A stretch of 64,000 bases of DNA. Source: Promethearchaeota archaeon Loki_b32 (lineage in GTDB: Archaea; Asgardarchaeota; Lokiarchaeia; Sigyniarchaeales; SOKP01). Where the stretch lies: NCBI GenBank assembly GCA_005223125.1, contig NJBH01000020.1, forward strand, positions 1 through 64,000, given 5' to 3'. The notes under the pieces are model-generated. The model was not told where the DNA came from. It did no database searches and saw nothing but the letters and a program-made list of their open reading frames with translations. The position numbers and the translations under genes are program-made. Shown piece by piece: positions 62,993-64,000 of the stretch; the first letter of the stretch is position 1; the number at the start of each line of letters is the position of its first letter.

Positions 62993-63580
62993 ATGGATTA
63001 TAATTTACGAATTCCTCACGATAAAAGGCATTTATTTACAGAACCTCTTGATATTTTAATCGCAGGATCCCGAGAGGAAACAATTGTTCAAGTAGAAAAT
63101 ATATTTAGAGATTATCTGCAATCGGGCGTGAACTTAAATTTTTACATTGTAGGTGATATTGTAGCTCAAGACTTTTTATCTAATCAATTCTTAAAGAAAT
63201 TCATAAAAATCTGTATTGTAGATGAGAAGACTCAAAGAAGTCTTACTAAATTAGAATCTGAGGAATTTTTCGAACAAACTATAGAATTTCAAAATCCAGA
63301 AGGAACTATAAATAAGGATTGTTGGAAGATTTTTAGAGACGTTATTAATTCTGAGAAAAGAACTTTAATTAAAATAACGGATGGAGAAGAGGATTTACTA
63401 ATACTTCCACTTGTACTTGAAACTCCTATATTAAAGGGAGTAAAAAATTTCGCTTTTTATGGTCAACCACCTATAACAGATTCTAATTATGTAATTCCAG
63501 AAGGAATTGTTATTGTTGATGTAGATAAAAACATTCAAGAAAAGGTCAAAAAAGTTTTAGAAATAATGGATCAATTCTAA
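62993..63580 (+). CDS. GTP-dependent dephospho-CoA kinase (DUF359)
   Basis: VGDIV, VDEKTQR, NPEG, GEEDL, YGQP; conserved position after spt4. Confidence 0.92.
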   Translation: MDYNLRIPHDKRHLFTEPLDILIAGSREETIVQVENIFRDYLQSGVNLNFYIVGDIVAQDFLSNQFLKKFIKICIVDEKTQRSLTKLESEEFFEQTIEFQNPEGTINKDCWKIFRDVINSEKRTLIKITDGEEDLLILPLVLETPILKGVKNFAFYGQPPITDSNYVIPEGIVIVDVDKNIQEKVKKVLEIMDQF

Positions 63581-63702
63581 GTATTTAGTATTATTCTAAA
63601 AAGCAATATTTTTAAATTTAGATTTATTATTCGATATTGACAAAAATATTAAATGATTTACTAATTCCACTTAAATTTTAAAAAGTTAATGTGATTAGAT
63701 TG

Positions 63703-64000
63703 ATGAAAAATAAAGCAGTAAAGTCAAGTATAGCACTTATATTATTATCGTTGGTGTTGTTAAACATTTCAACCTTTATGCCCCCACTTCATGATCAAAA
63801 GCAAACACCCACCAGCGTTGAATTTTTTGTACGTATCGCACAAGACCCAGACGAGTTTCTCTCAGTCTGGGACACGATCAAGACAAGTTCGGGTTCCAGC
63901 GGTAGTAATCAAGTGCACTTACCACTGCAATCGAGCGGAACATATAATTTCATGGTGGATTGGGGTGACGAAAGCAATGAAATGATCACGATCTGGAATC
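63703..64000 (+). CDS. Secreted surface protein, DUF285/BspA-type N-terminus with PKD-like motif (runs off the window)
   Basis: Read manually: MKNKAVKSSIALILLSLVLLN...FLSVWDT...LPLQSSGTYNFMVDWGD. Confidence 0.75.
   Translation, partial: MKNKAVKSSIALILLSLVLLNISTFMPPLHDQKQTPTSVEFFVRIAQDPDEFLSVWDTIKTSSGSSGSNQVHLPLQSSGTYNFMVDWGDESNEMITIWN

Noticed and set aside
63791-63985. 64-aa ORF from the supplied track
   Set aside because: Out-of-frame shadow of the real ORF starting at 63703
1-64000. CRISPR array, cas genes, integrase or transposase
   Set aside because: No regularly spaced repeats and no recognisable Cas, tyrosine/serine recombinase or DDE motifs were seen

Overview
AT-rich archaeal chromosome segment, most likely Asgard (Lokiarchaeia-like). 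This assignment rests on several small Rab/Arf-type GTPases, two roadblock/LC7 proteins, a TFB with a CC-type zinc ribbon, the rpoE1-spt4-dephospho-CoA kinase cluster, and LRR proteins with the MKEFKVN...EFWxHCS N-terminal domain. The first ~13.5 kb is a defence-like island of predicted nucleases and RNases (PD-(D/E)XK, NYN, SocA-like/Schlafen fusion, three HEPN-type proteins, PIN, a CARF-wHTH regulator) mixed with gene fragments. About 9.9 kb of it is bracketed by a GC-rich imperfect inverted repeat. Twice (13.9-18.4 kb and 28.3-30.3 kb) an unrelated, apparently N-terminally truncated ORF converges tail-to-tail on a paralogous LRR gene, and the second LRR gene is frameshifted at a G8 tract. 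This is the best candidate for an undescribed system (polymorphic effector / LRR partner cassettes). The rest is mostly housekeeping and metabolic genes with several oddities: a uORF copying the TFB N-terminus, a wHTH-like insertion in Taw1, a likely catalytically dead CoA-transferase-GNAT facing acs, and GTPases with Rho-like features. No rRNA, tRNA, CRISPR array, integrase or transposase was seen. All family calls are by eye from motifs; no searches were run.
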